The translations under genes were made by a program, and so were the position numbers. Positions 48,857 to 58,369 of a stretch of 64,000 nucleotides of DNA are shown here, piece after piece. The stretch is taken from positions 3,097 through 67,096 of the forward strand of contig JAZLKO010000008.1 in NCBI GenBank assembly GCA_045597685.1, given 5' to 3'. How positions within the stretch are numbered: the first letter of the stretch is position 1; each line of letters starts with the position of its first letter. This DNA is from Prevotella sp. (lineage in GTDB: Bacteria > Bacteroidota > Bacteroidia > Bacteroidales > Bacteroidaceae). The notes under the pieces were generated by a model. It had not been told where the DNA came from, ran no database searches, and worked only from the letters and a program-made list of their open reading frames with translations.

Positions 48857-48931
48857 ATGGTTATAAATCGTGATAGATATTTGCAAAGGCTTATTGCCAA
48901 AAAGTGGAATGGCAAGATTAAGGTCATAACC
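48857..48931 (+). pseudogene. 5' stub of an AAA_14/DUF4143-type ATPase gene
   Basis: MVINRDRYLQRLIAKKWNGKIKVIT breaks just before the expected GxRRxGKS Walker A; -7 box TATCTTTG upstream. Confidence 0.75.
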
Positions 48932-48992
48932 GTGGCGGATTTTCAACGATGACGATTCGCTGGCGCTACGATACGTTTCACTACGATAACCA

Positions 48993-49373
48993 ATGGAAGA
49001 ACACGAAAAGAAGACAAGAAACTTTAGGAAGTACCCAGTTTATCAAGCTACTGTTGAATACGCCACTTACATCTATCAAGTCACAAGTAAGATGCCTTGG
49101 TTTGAGAAGAAAGGACTTTGTGACCAGTTGCAACGTGCAGTTGTTTCTATAAGTAGCAATATTGCAGAAGGTGCAGCTCGACCTACAGATGCAGACTTCG
49201 CTCATTTTCTTGACACATCGCTTGGTTCCGCATACGAAGTCGAGACACAATTGGCTATTGCAAGAAATGTTGGCTATTTGGATGAGGACACATTCTTTGA
49301 GATGAATAAAAAGCTTCAGTCAATAGAAAAGCAATTGACTGCATTTATTAGTTCAATCCGAAAGTCATCGTAG
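48993..49373 (+). CDS. Four helix bundle protein (TIGR02436 / 23S-IVS-protein / Avd-like fold)
   Basis: DQLQRAVVSISSNIAEG, FLDTSLGSAYEVETQL. Confidence 0.92.
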   Translation: MEEHEKKTRNFRKYPVYQATVEYATYIYQVTSKMPWFEKKGLCDQLQRAVVSISSNIAEGAARPTDADFAHFLDTSLGSAYEVETQLAIARNVGYLDEDTFFEMNKKLQSIEKQLTAFISSIRKSS

Positions 49374-49409
49374 CCGAAGGCGTATCGTTATCGTCATCGT
49401 GCGAAGTTC

Positions 49410-49695
49410 GGTAGTGCCATACCACCGGAAGGAGGAGGATGGCAAGACCGTCCATTCGCAGTTAGAGATTGATTTTGTTGTAAACAAGGGTTTTCAGCGA
49501 TACTATATCCAATCGGCACTCAATGTTGACTCCAAGGAGAAGCGGGAGCAGGAGACTGCCTCACTGAACAGGGTCAGTGACTCGTTCAGGAAGATTGTGG
49601 TGGTGAAGGATGACATCATCCCCTGGACGGATGAGTCGGGTATCACTTATGTGGGCATCGAGGAGTTCCTGCTCAAGCATATCGAACGGCTGTAG
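49410..49695 (+). pseudogene. 3' remnant of the AAA/DUF4143 ATPase
   Basis: VVPYHRKEEDGK..QLEIDFVVNKG..YYIQSA...SFRKIVVV. Confidence 0.8.
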
Positions 49696-49785
49696 CTTAA
49701 GGTAAAAGCGCCAACCTTGCGGCTGAGGCTCTTTGACGTTGGATCCCTTCGAGTGACTCCTGCATAACAAGAATTATTTGTCATT

Positions 49786-50493
49786 TCAAATTTCGCTTTT
49801 GGGAGCTACCAAAGGGAATGCAGAAAACAATTGAAGAGCCGATGAAGTCTCATCAATGAGTTTGTTCTTGACAAAGGTCTTTGACTTCATGTCGTTCAGC
49901 ACTTCGCCGAGTCCTTGCATCAGGAGTTTGGGGCTTGCTTCACGCACATGCTTTGCACACCATGCAGCATACTCGCTAACGCTCTTATCGGTTCTTAATC
50001 GTACAATCTCTTCGTTTATCTCTGCATGATTCTGTAAGAAGAAATGCACATCAAAAATGTCGCGAGGCGAAAGACGTTCACCCATAGCACATAGTTTATG
50101 CGCGAACATATCAGGCATGGTCATCACTCTTATATCTGTTCCTGCCAACGAACGCATCTCGTAGTGATTCGGGTATTGACGGATTGAAATCTCCACCTTC
50201 AGCATTCGCTCACCTTTGTCATAGTTCAGCACAAGCACAGGACCATAAAGTTTCTTAGCTTCATCATCAATAGTTCCAAAGCGAGTCAGAATAGCACGTA
50301 CTTTATCATATACCATGTCGAGTCTGGCTGGATCAAGCAGGTTGAAATCCAGGTCAGTGGAGAAGCGGTTCAGATTGTGGAAGAACATCAATGAAGTTCC
50401 ACCCTTGAATGCTAATACGTTGCAGAGATCCTTGTCCTTGAAGATAAGGCTCAGGATCTGCGCCATATATAGTTTATGTTTGTTCTTGTTCAT
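49786..50493 (-). CDS. AbiEii/AbiGii nucleotidyltransferase (type IV TA toxin-like)
   Basis: FKGGTSL, RFSTDLDF, HKLCAM, RDIFD. Confidence 0.88.
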   Translation of the reverse strand: MNKNKHKLYMAQILSLIFKDKDLCNVLAFKGGTSLMFFHNLNRFSTDLDFNLLDPARLDMVYDKVRAILTRFGTIDDEAKKLYGPVLVLNYDKGERMLKVEISIRQYPNHYEMRSLAGTDIRVMTMPDMFAHKLCAMGERLSPRDIFDVHFFLQNHAEINEEIVRLRTDKSVSEYAAWCAKHVREASPKLLMQGLGEVLNDMKSKTFVKNKLIDETSSALQLFSAFPLVAPKSEI

Positions 50494-50495
50494 GG

Positions 50496-51071
50496 TTATT
50501 TGAGATTTAACAGTTCGGTAGTTCTCTCAGTCAATGCCTTTGACTGATAAAATGGAAGCAATTGTTTGATTTTTGTTTTTTTCAATGGATGAAGGTTGTC
50601 GAAATAGCAGTTACCTGCACTCAAATAAATCATGTCGAGGAATGCTCGTTCTGGGGTTGCTATCAGGATGTTGTCATACTGCTCAATACCCTCCATCCCA
50701 ATCCATAATTCATGATTGATGATTCGAAACTGATAGGACTTGCCATCTATTTCAACGATACGATTCAGGTAACTCACACATGTTATGGCGTCGTCATACT
50801 GAAACACTACTCCTGCACGCTGAAGCACATACTCCAACGAAACGTAGGCCGGCCGAAACAAGCTGCAAGCCATCTCCCGCTCATCATAGGATGCTTTGGT
50901 ATAGATGCCTCGACGTGGATTGCGAATCTTGCCCTCCTTTATATAATAATGAAGTGATTGAGTAAGTTTCTGACTATTTTCATACTCCGTCAACATTCTT
51001 AGTGATTGGATGTTGAACACAGATCGTGAACTGTTCAAAATCACCTCTAATACATTCTTTTGCGAACTCAT
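50496..51071 (-). CDS. AbiEi-like antitoxin / transcriptional regulator
   Basis: RRGIY, AYVSLEYVL, ATPERAFLDMIYL; immediately upstream of the AbiEii gene. Confidence 0.8.
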   Translation of the reverse strand: MSSQKNVLEVILNSSRSVFNIQSLRMLTEYENSQKLTQSLHYYIKEGKIRNPRRGIYTKASYDEREMACSLFRPAYVSLEYVLQRAGVVFQYDDAITCVSYLNRIVEIDGKSYQFRIINHELWIGMEGIEQYDNILIATPERAFLDMIYLSAGNCYFDNLHPLKKTKIKQLLPFYQSKALTERTTELLNLK

Positions 51072-51193
51072 AATATAAATTATTTCTATTATTGGTTCGC
51101 AAAAGTAATAATAATTATTGAATCACACAAGAATTTACGGACAATTTGACATTTTTTATCATTTACTGACCAATGCCGTGAAAAAAAAGGTGC

Positions 51194-51280
51194 GGTCAGT
51201 GGAAAAACACTGGGGGTAAATGTCTATTCGCAGGTTATGCTTTGACAAAAACCAAGTTAAACCCCTTGAAGAGTATGGAC
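51194..51280. repeat. Right inverted-repeat copy (51194-51235) plus a block shared with 47146-47181
   Basis: AAACCCCTTGAAGAGTATGGAC is identical at 47160-47181 and 51259-51280. Confidence 0.8.
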
Positions 51281-51426
51281 GGAATAGCGGAAAGGGTGCT
51301 GTGAACAGGACACAAGATGGAGATAAGGTGTGACTTTGCAATAAATATGCATTTTTATTTGCATGGATGAAAAATGTTTTGTAACTTTGCGCGGATTTTT
51401 ATTGAATAATTAGAAAATATCATATT

Positions 51427-53760
51427 ATGAAAAGAATTTCAGTTTCAGTTTTCGTTTTAGTTTTCGTCTTCAACCATTCTGCCATTGCTGCAATTAACAA
51501 GGCTGAGATGGAGGTGGCTTATAAGGCAATGACAGGCGAGAAGGTAGATTTTACAGTCTATAACAAAGCCGACAACAAGGGCTTTGTGGTTTTGGACAAT
51601 CAGGATCAGGTGTTAGGCTATTCCGACCAAGGTAGTTTTGATTATGACGATATTCCAGACAACTTCAAGTGGTGGCTCAGTCAGTATCAGGAGCAGATAA
51701 ACTGGGCTCGCACAAACCATATAAAAACAGCCCCGATTAAAAGTGACGACGGTAGGGATTCCATTATGGTGCGTCCGTTATTGGGAGATATTGCATGGTC
51801 GCAAAGTTCACCTTACAATAATATGTGTCCTACAGTCGGTGGACAACGTTGTATTGTGGGATGTGCCGCAACAGCAATGGCGCAGATAATGTTCTACTAC
51901 AAATGGCCTTTGAAGGGACATGGTTATTATGCATACGACTGGAACGGAAAGACTCTTTCGTGCAATTTCAGTGAATCCACATACGACTGGGACAATATGC
52001 TGCCATCCTATCTTCGTTCTTATTCAAACGAACAGGCCAATGCTGTTGCAAAACTGTGTTCAGATGTGGGTATAAGCTTGGATATGAACTATGGTGTTAG
52101 CGGTAGTGGTGCATTAGTGGATAGACAATATTATGCATTCCCTCGCAACTTTGCCTATTCGAGCAATATTAAATACTACAACAAGGATAATTTCACCGAA
52201 GCAGAATGGGACAGCATGCTCAGGGCCGAACTTGATGCCGCACGTCCAATATTTTACTCTGGTCAGGATGGTAATGCAGGTGGACATGCTTTTGTGTGTG
52301 ACGGATATACAAAATTCGGATATTTCCATTTCAACTGGGGTTGGAATGGTGCTTATAACAGCTTTTTCAAAATCGGAGCGTTGAATGTTTCGGGTTATCA
52401 GTACAACACTGGTAATGAAATAACAATCGGATTGGAACCTCGCAAAACCATTCTTATCGATGGTTTGTGCTATGAATTTCTTGCCGACTCTACAGTTACA
52501 CTTACATATAAAGATGATGGCGAATACACCGAATCAGTTTCTATACCAGAAGAAATAGCATACAATGGCAAGACATACAGAGTGAGCAAGCTGACGGCAG
52601 GATTCCTGCCAATGCTTGATTGTGTGCCATCATTGCAAGTGCCATGGACCACACCTATTGAAATATCCAATGGAGTATTTAACGATTCAGTCTATTATTA
52701 TACGGAACTTATCGTGCCTGATAATAGTGTTGAGACATACGCCAACGCTGCAGGATGGAATAGGTTTAAGTGTATTAAGGATACAATAGGTCATGTTCTT
52801 GAGTGGGGTGACTGGGAACCAGTAGGAGAAGGAACGGGAACTTACACTTATTCTGCAAATTATTTATATACATTAGGTACTGTAGGTAAAGATGATCCAG
52901 GTTTGCCGATTACATACAGACCTTGCGTATCGGAAGAGGGTAGAGGACAGTTTTGGATTCAGCATTGGTCGTATAATACTGATTTCTTTATCAACTATGA
53001 TGCCAATACTGGAAATTGCACCATCCCTAAACAATATGCAGGTTTTGATGTTAACTATACTTTTGCCTCTGAAAAGAAAGTAGCAGGTGTGTATGTTTCA
53101 GACATTCCTACTTTCAATCCTGATTATACATACGAAACTTATCCTTGTAAGTATGAACCTAACAAAGGATTGTTCACACTGAATGTTGCTTACATGATTG
53201 GAGATGAATCCTGGATGACTTCACAAACTGGGGAAGAGACATTCTTGATTGATGGATTCAAATTCGACATTTCAGCCACCTATGATTACGAACAGACTTT
53301 CGGCAAGAAGATTGGTGTCAGAATCACAGCCGACAAGTCGGTCAAAAAATGCAGATATGTCTTTGTAGAGGGTGAAATCAGCGTGGATTCTGTGGCAATC
53401 GTGGCACAGCAGATAGCCGACAGCCTTATCGAAAGCAAAACAGCGTATGTGGGTACATCTTCCTACAAACCAGCTTCATTAAGCAAGACTTATACAATGG
53501 TAATTGCAGCCTTTGACAAAGATGGTGAATACCGTAACTATACATCCACTATCTTGAACTATAACGATATTTACGATATGATTCCTGGTGATTCAAACAA
53601 GGATAAAGTCGTCAATGTCAACGACATCACGACCACAGCATCTTACATACTTGGTGACAAGCCTGAAGCATTCAATCGCTTCTCTGCCGATGTGAACAAG
53701 GATGCAGTCATCAATATCAACGACATCACCGAAACAGCAAACCTGATTTTGGAAAAGTAA
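51427..53760 (+). CDS. C10 (streptopain-like) cysteine peptidase with propeptide and C-terminal dockerin-like domain
   Basis: GCAATAMAQIM (Cys), GGHAFVCDGY (His), FNWGWNG; GDSNKD..VNVNDIT...ADVNKD..ININDIT. Confidence 0.88.
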   Translation: MKRISVSVFVLVFVFNHSAIAAINKAEMEVAYKAMTGEKVDFTVYNKADNKGFVVLDNQDQVLGYSDQGSFDYDDIPDNFKWWLSQYQEQINWARTNHIKTAPIKSDDGRDSIMVRPLLGDIAWSQSSPYNNMCPTVGGQRCIVGCAATAMAQIMFYYKWPLKGHGYYAYDWNGKTLSCNFSESTYDWDNMLPSYLRSYSNEQANAVAKLCSDVGISLDMNYGVSGSGALVDRQYYAFPRNFAYSSNIKYYNKDNFTEAEWDSMLRAELDAARPIFYSGQDGNAGGHAFVCDGYTKFGYFHFNWGWNGAYNSFFKIGALNVSGYQYNTGNEITIGLEPRKTILIDGLCYEFLADSTVTLTYKDDGEYTESVSIPEEIAYNGKTYRVSKLTAGFLPMLDCVPSLQVPWTTPIEISNGVFNDSVYYYTELIVPDNSVETYANAAGWNRFKCIKDTIGHVLEWGDWEPVGEGTGTYTYSANYLYTLGTVGKDDPGLPITYRPCVSEEGRGQFWIQHWSYNTDFFINYDANTGNCTIPKQYAGFDVNYTFASEKKVAGVYVSDIPTFNPDYTYETYPCKYEPNKGLFTLNVAYMIGDESWMTSQTGEETFLIDGFKFDISATYDYEQTFGKKIGVRITADKSVKKCRYVFVEGEISVDSVAIVAQQIADSLIESKTAYVGTSSYKPASLSKTYTMVIAAFDKDGEYRNYTSTILNYNDIYDMIPGDSNKDKVVNVNDITTTASYILGDKPEAFNRFSADVNKDAVININDITETANLILEK

Positions 53761-53803
53761 ACAACAAAACTTTTTAAATATTCTATTAATCTCTTTACAA
53801 ACT

Positions 53804-56437
53804 ATGAAGAAATTTATTACTCTATTGATTCTCAGTATTTTTGCCGTATCGGAAATAAATGCTGATAAAATTCGTAGAACATGGGACTTCACACAAGGAT
53901 TCAGTGAAACATCTATCGCCATGTTCAATACTGACGTAGCCAGCGGAAGCGGCTATTGGAATACCACCAGCACAGGATTTGAATCAAAGGCTCGTAGTGC
54001 TGGTCCTCTCGTAGTGAAAATCAATGGTGTTGACCAGGTGATTCCTGAAACTGAAGGACTTATCTTTGGTGCAAAATCAGCTCAGCATCTGAATGTAATC
54101 ATCAATCCACAGAGTTCTTGGCCTGAGGGAGGAGCAATCTGGTTCAATGGCAAGAAAGACGAAGACTGCGTAACAGTTCCACTCGTTCCTGCCAAAGAAA
54201 ATGTCAGAGTTGCCTATACTACTCACAAGAATGGTGAAGGCAGAGGATTCACTGTCGAAACAGCTGGATTTGCTGATGAGGCTGGCAATACAAAATTCAC
54301 CACTTCCGATGGTTCACAAAATGTTGAGGTTACTCTCATTAATTCAAACGATGTTGACAGCGAACTGAAACTGAAAGCAACAAATGGTTTCCACATCTCT
54401 TATATAATAATAGGTGAAGGCGATGTTCCTGTTACTGAAAAGATTGGCTTCCTCTATGACGGAGGTGAAAATCTCGTACTTGCTGAAGACCCATTGTACA
54501 AACGGGTTGCAAAACAGGAAATGGCTACCATCACTCCTATTGACATAAATACTGAAATCACAGACAAGCAATTGCTGGAATATTCAGCCATCGTCCTGAG
54601 CAACAACATCCCAGCCGACAATGTCAACGTCAGCATGCTCAAAGATGCAATCGCATTTGTCCCAACTCTCAACTGCAACCCAGACCTCTACGAAGCTTGG
54701 GGACTCGGCACAATTGGTGAGGCTACATCAGAATTGGGCATCCTGACAACTGGAATCAAAGCTTTCAGTAAAAATCTCGAAATCAATACGGAAGACGATG
54801 GTACAATGCTCGTTACTCTTACCAATGGTGACGTGTTGCCAGTGCCACTACAGACTCTGACAGGCAAATTTGCCGATGATGAAATCTATATGAAGGATTT
54901 GGAAAATCCTGAACTCATCATGTCGCATGCACACAATATCGGTCACAATGGTTATATCTACCTTCCTTACAGCAAGGAAGCAGCAAGCGATATGTATGAA
55001 CCAAACGGTGTGCTTATCAATAATGCACTCACACTACTCTGTAGCTCAAAGGCAGAAATCACTCCAACAGGAGCACCAATCGTGTTGCCATCCTATGCCG
55101 AAATGCAGACAACTATCGCCTTTGGTAATGTTAACGACAAGGCACAGACTTATTACACACTTGATGGCAGTGAACCTACATTAGAAAGCACTCTCTACAC
55201 AGAACCAATAGTTTTGACAAACGAGTGTACTGTCAAGGCAATCGCCATTGCAGAAGGTTATACATTGAGTGAAGTTACGACTTTCGACGTGCTACTGAAA
55301 CATCAGGCAAAGAAGCCTATCATTGCTATCAGCGGCAACAAAGACTATGAAGATGCATTAGTGGCTCTGAGCACTCCAGAAGAGAATGTTGACATCTGGT
55401 ATAATTTCACAGGTTCTACCGATACCACTTATTCAAGTCGCTATGTTGCTCCGCTGACAATCCACAGCGTTCAGACACTCACAGCATTTGCATTGGGTAA
55501 TGATAGCATCAACGAACTCGTGCAGTCTGAAATCCTGACTGTTGAGATTCTTGCAAACGTCAAGAACATACGCAAGGACGTAGTTTCACATTTCGATGGA
55601 AACCAGACCGACTATTCGTTCGGTGCAGCCAACAACAAGGGAATCTTCTCATGGGGAGCAAGTGCAGTAACTATGTATATTGAAGATGTTGACCCTGAAA
55701 CTGGCGAACTCATTAATATTCCTAAAGAGCCAGAAGTAAAAGTTCCTGAAAATGCAGAAGCAGGCTGGAAAGCCATTTCCTATGGTGAATGCGTGATTTG
55801 GCAGGACATTTCTCCAGGTAAATATGTAGGCGATGAAAGTGGTTACAATCCAGCACGTGCTGAAGATTGCGACTTAGACAAACTGCTGACAGGCAAGGCT
55901 CTTACATTCTACAAGTGGATTGCTGACGAAGGTCACAATGCTTCAATCGAAACAAGAGACAAGATTGAAGGTCCATTCGACGTGATGACATACGCAACAA
56001 ATACTTCTGGTAGTTCGGGATGCGCTTTCGTGGTTGAAGTTTCGCTCGATTCTCTCGAATGGACACAACTTGGCGACACTTGCGTTCTTCAGTCAACAAA
56101 ACGTCTGTACAACAAACACATACGTTCATACGGTAAAGATGGAGAAGTTTATGTGAGAGTTCGTCCTACAGGTACATCAACGGGCTTTGGATTTTTCGAC
56201 ATCATTATTCTCAATGAGGGTGAAAAGTCAAAGGAGATGGAAGAGAAGTATGCTGGCATGAAGGGTGATGCTAATGATGACGGCCAGGTTAACGTCAATG
56301 ATATCACGACTATTGCTGCTTATATTCTGAATGGCAATGCTGAGAACTTTAATTATGACAATGCCGATGTCAACAACGATGGTTTCATCAATGTAAACGA
56401 TATCACAGGCACAGCCGCAATAATTTTAGGAAACTAA
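53804..56437 (+). CDS. Secreted protein with two CHB/HEX C-terminal (FN3-like) domains and a dockerin-like domain
   Basis: YYTLDGSEPT...YTEPI, WYNFTG...YVAPL; GDANDDGQVNVNDIT...ADVNNDGFINVNDIT. Confidence 0.75.
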   Translation: MKKFITLLILSIFAVSEINADKIRRTWDFTQGFSETSIAMFNTDVASGSGYWNTTSTGFESKARSAGPLVVKINGVDQVIPETEGLIFGAKSAQHLNVIINPQSSWPEGGAIWFNGKKDEDCVTVPLVPAKENVRVAYTTHKNGEGRGFTVETAGFADEAGNTKFTTSDGSQNVEVTLINSNDVDSELKLKATNGFHISYIIIGEGDVPVTEKIGFLYDGGENLVLAEDPLYKRVAKQEMATITPIDINTEITDKQLLEYSAIVLSNNIPADNVNVSMLKDAIAFVPTLNCNPDLYEAWGLGTIGEATSELGILTTGIKAFSKNLEINTEDDGTMLVTLTNGDVLPVPLQTLTGKFADDEIYMKDLENPELIMSHAHNIGHNGYIYLPYSKEAASDMYEPNGVLINNALTLLCSSKAEITPTGAPIVLPSYAEMQTTIAFGNVNDKAQTYYTLDGSEPTLESTLYTEPIVLTNECTVKAIAIAEGYTLSEVTTFDVLLKHQAKKPIIAISGNKDYEDALVALSTPEENVDIWYNFTGSTDTTYSSRYVAPLTIHSVQTLTAFALGNDSINELVQSEILTVEILANVKNIRKDVVSHFDGNQTDYSFGAANNKGIFSWGASAVTMYIEDVDPETGELINIPKEPEVKVPENAEAGWKAISYGECVIWQDISPGKYVGDESGYNPARAEDCDLDKLLTGKALTFYKWIADEGHNASIETRDKIEGPFDVMTYATNTSGSSGCAFVVEVSLDSLEWTQLGDTCVLQSTKRLYNKHIRSYGKDGEVYVRVRPTGTSTGFGFFDIIILNEGEKSKEMEEKYAGMKGDANDDGQVNVNDITTIAAYILNGNAENFNYDNADVNNDGFINVNDITGTAAIILGN

Positions 56438-56446
56438 TACAATAAA

Positions 56447-56492
56447 AAGCATGGCAGAAGGTTATTATATAAAAAACTTTCTGCCAATGCTT
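56447..56492 (+). terminator. Probable stem-loop terminator
   Basis: AAGCAT-GGCAGAAG pairs with CTTTCTGCC-ATGCTT. Confidence 0.6.
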
Positions 56493-56547
56493 AAATTGTT
56501 AATTATTAATTATCAATTGTCAATTATCAATTGTCAATTATTTTAAA

Positions 56548-56621
56548 GGTCTCGTAGCTCAGTTGAATAGAGCATCAGATTCCGGTTCTGAGTGTCGCGG
56601 GTTTGAGTCCCGCCGAGATCA
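56548..56621 (+). tRNA. tRNA-Arg (anticodon CCG)
   Basis: Acceptor GGTCTCG/CGAGATC, D arm GCTC/GAGC, anticodon stem TCAGA/TCTGA with loop TTCCGGT, T arm GCGGG/CCCGC; CCA not encoded. Confidence 0.93.
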
Positions 56622-56626
56622 CAAAA

Positions 56627-58201
56627 ATGAAGAGATTCACTACAACTGGACCCTGTCGCCCAAATGAGCACTATATGGTGGACATCACTGAGCGTTTGGA
56701 AATCATCCGCAAGATGGTTGCCCAAGGCGATTATTTCTGTATCAACCGAGGCAGACAGTATGGCAAGACTACCACATTGAATGCCATCAAGTCCACTTTG
56801 GAGAGTGATGGATATACTGTATTCTCCTTGTCTTTTGAAGATTTGGGGCAAGGATTATTCTGTTCTGATGAGAAATTCTGTGCCACCGTATTGTGGCTTA
56901 TGAAGGATGCTATTGAGAATGAAATGGTGTGTGGGCTATCAGATAAGTCGAGGGATTTGATTCTTAACTCAGTTGATGATTCAATCAGTCCTGTTGAAAC
57001 AGTAATTCTGACAAGCATCTTTAGCAAAGTATGCAAGTTCAACAATAGGCCTGTAGTTCTGACTATTGATGAAACTGATAAAGCCTCTGATAATAGCAGT
57101 TTGATTTCTTTGTTAAGTATCTTGCGCAAGTTGTTTCTTGACAGGCAAAACAAAGCTACTTTCCAGTCAGTAATTCTTTCAGGAGTTTATGACGTAAAAA
57201 ATCTCAAATTAAAAATTCGTCCAGATGACGAACATCAATACAATTCGCCATGGAACATTGCTGTTCCATTTAAAGTAGATATGAGCTTGTCCGCCTATGG
57301 GATAAAGGGTATGCTTGATGATTATGAGTTTGACCATCATAGGGGTATGGACACCGAAGAGGTTGCTTTATGGATTCGTGAATATACTGGTGGTTATCCC
57401 TTCCTCGTTTCTCGTCTGTGCCAGTTAATGGATGAGCAGAATGACTGGACTCATGAGGGACTTCGCAATGCTGTAAAGTCATTGCTCAACGAGCACAACA
57501 TGCTCTTTGATGACATGATTAAAAAGATAGAACAATTCCCTGACTTGAAATCTTTGCTCAAGAATCATCTCTTCTCGGGTGAATCCCGAAAGTATAATCC
57601 GCTAAACGAGGCGTTCCAACTTGCAGAAAGGTTCAATTTCATCAATGTCCATAATGGAACATTCTCCGTTTCATGCCGTATCATAGAAACTGCCATCTAC
57701 GAGTATTTCATGTCGCAAGAAAAGGATTCTGAGATTTATACTGCAGGATCCATAGAGAAACTTCAGTTTGTCAAAGGTGATGAATTGGACATGCCTTTGC
57801 TATTACAGAAATTCTCTGAGCATTTCAATGAAATTTTTCGCACAGAAGATGGAACAATGGATGCCAAATTTGTAGAAAAGCATGGACGCAAGCAGTTTCA
57901 ACTATATCTCCGTCCTATCATCAATGGTGTTGGCCATTATTATGTAGAGGCAGAGACACGTGATGAAACTCGTACTGACCTTATCATCAACTACAACAAC
58001 CATGAGTATGTGATTGAACTGAAGATATGGCGAGGTGACAGTTACAACTACAAAGGTGAAACCCAATTGTTCGAGTATCTTGAACTTAAAAAGCAAACGA
58101 TAGGTTACCTTGTGTCATTCTGTTTCAACAAGGGGAAAACTCCAGGGTTACTTCCTTCTGTAGAACACAATGGTCGCACTCTCATAGAAGTAATAGTGTA
58201 A
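56627..58201 (+). CDS. AAA-like ATPase with C-terminal PD-(D/E)XK domain
   Basis: MKRFTTTGPC, RGRQYGKTT, TIDETD, TGGYPFL, RTDLII..VIELKIW; start 56627 because the earlier start lies inside the tRNA. Confidence 0.88.
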   Translation: MKRFTTTGPCRPNEHYMVDITERLEIIRKMVAQGDYFCINRGRQYGKTTTLNAIKSTLESDGYTVFSLSFEDLGQGLFCSDEKFCATVLWLMKDAIENEMVCGLSDKSRDLILNSVDDSISPVETVILTSIFSKVCKFNNRPVVLTIDETDKASDNSSLISLLSILRKLFLDRQNKATFQSVILSGVYDVKNLKLKIRPDDEHQYNSPWNIAVPFKVDMSLSAYGIKGMLDDYEFDHHRGMDTEEVALWIREYTGGYPFLVSRLCQLMDEQNDWTHEGLRNAVKSLLNEHNMLFDDMIKKIEQFPDLKSLLKNHLFSGESRKYNPLNEAFQLAERFNFINVHNGTFSVSCRIIETAIYEYFMSQEKDSEIYTAGSIEKLQFVKGDELDMPLLLQKFSEHFNEIFRTEDGTMDAKFVEKHGRKQFQLYLRPIINGVGHYYVEAETRDETRTDLIINYNNHEYVIELKIWRGDSYNYKGETQLFEYLELKKQTIGYLVSFCFNKGKTPGLLPSVEHNGRTLIEVIV

Positions 58202-58369
58202 AAACGAAATAAGTCATTTTCGCTTGTTTTTTATTTGCAGCACAAAATTAAGTAAAATTTCTGACACGGCAAAAATCCTATGCCACAACTTTTTGTTGCT
58301 TAGGACCTTAAAAAAGTAAAATATTATTGTGCTGCGGAATTAAGGTTATAGACTCAAAACAACATTTAA

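Noticed and set aside
48993-49373. Calling the four-helix-bundle gene avd of a complete DGR
   Set aside because: No reverse transcriptase or TR is adjacent; fold similarity alone is insufficient.
51427-53760. C10 peptidase as the pilin maturation protease
   Set aside because: It lies outside the inverted-repeat boundary, and known type V maturation uses Arg/Lys-specific gingipain-type enzymes; proximity is the only support.
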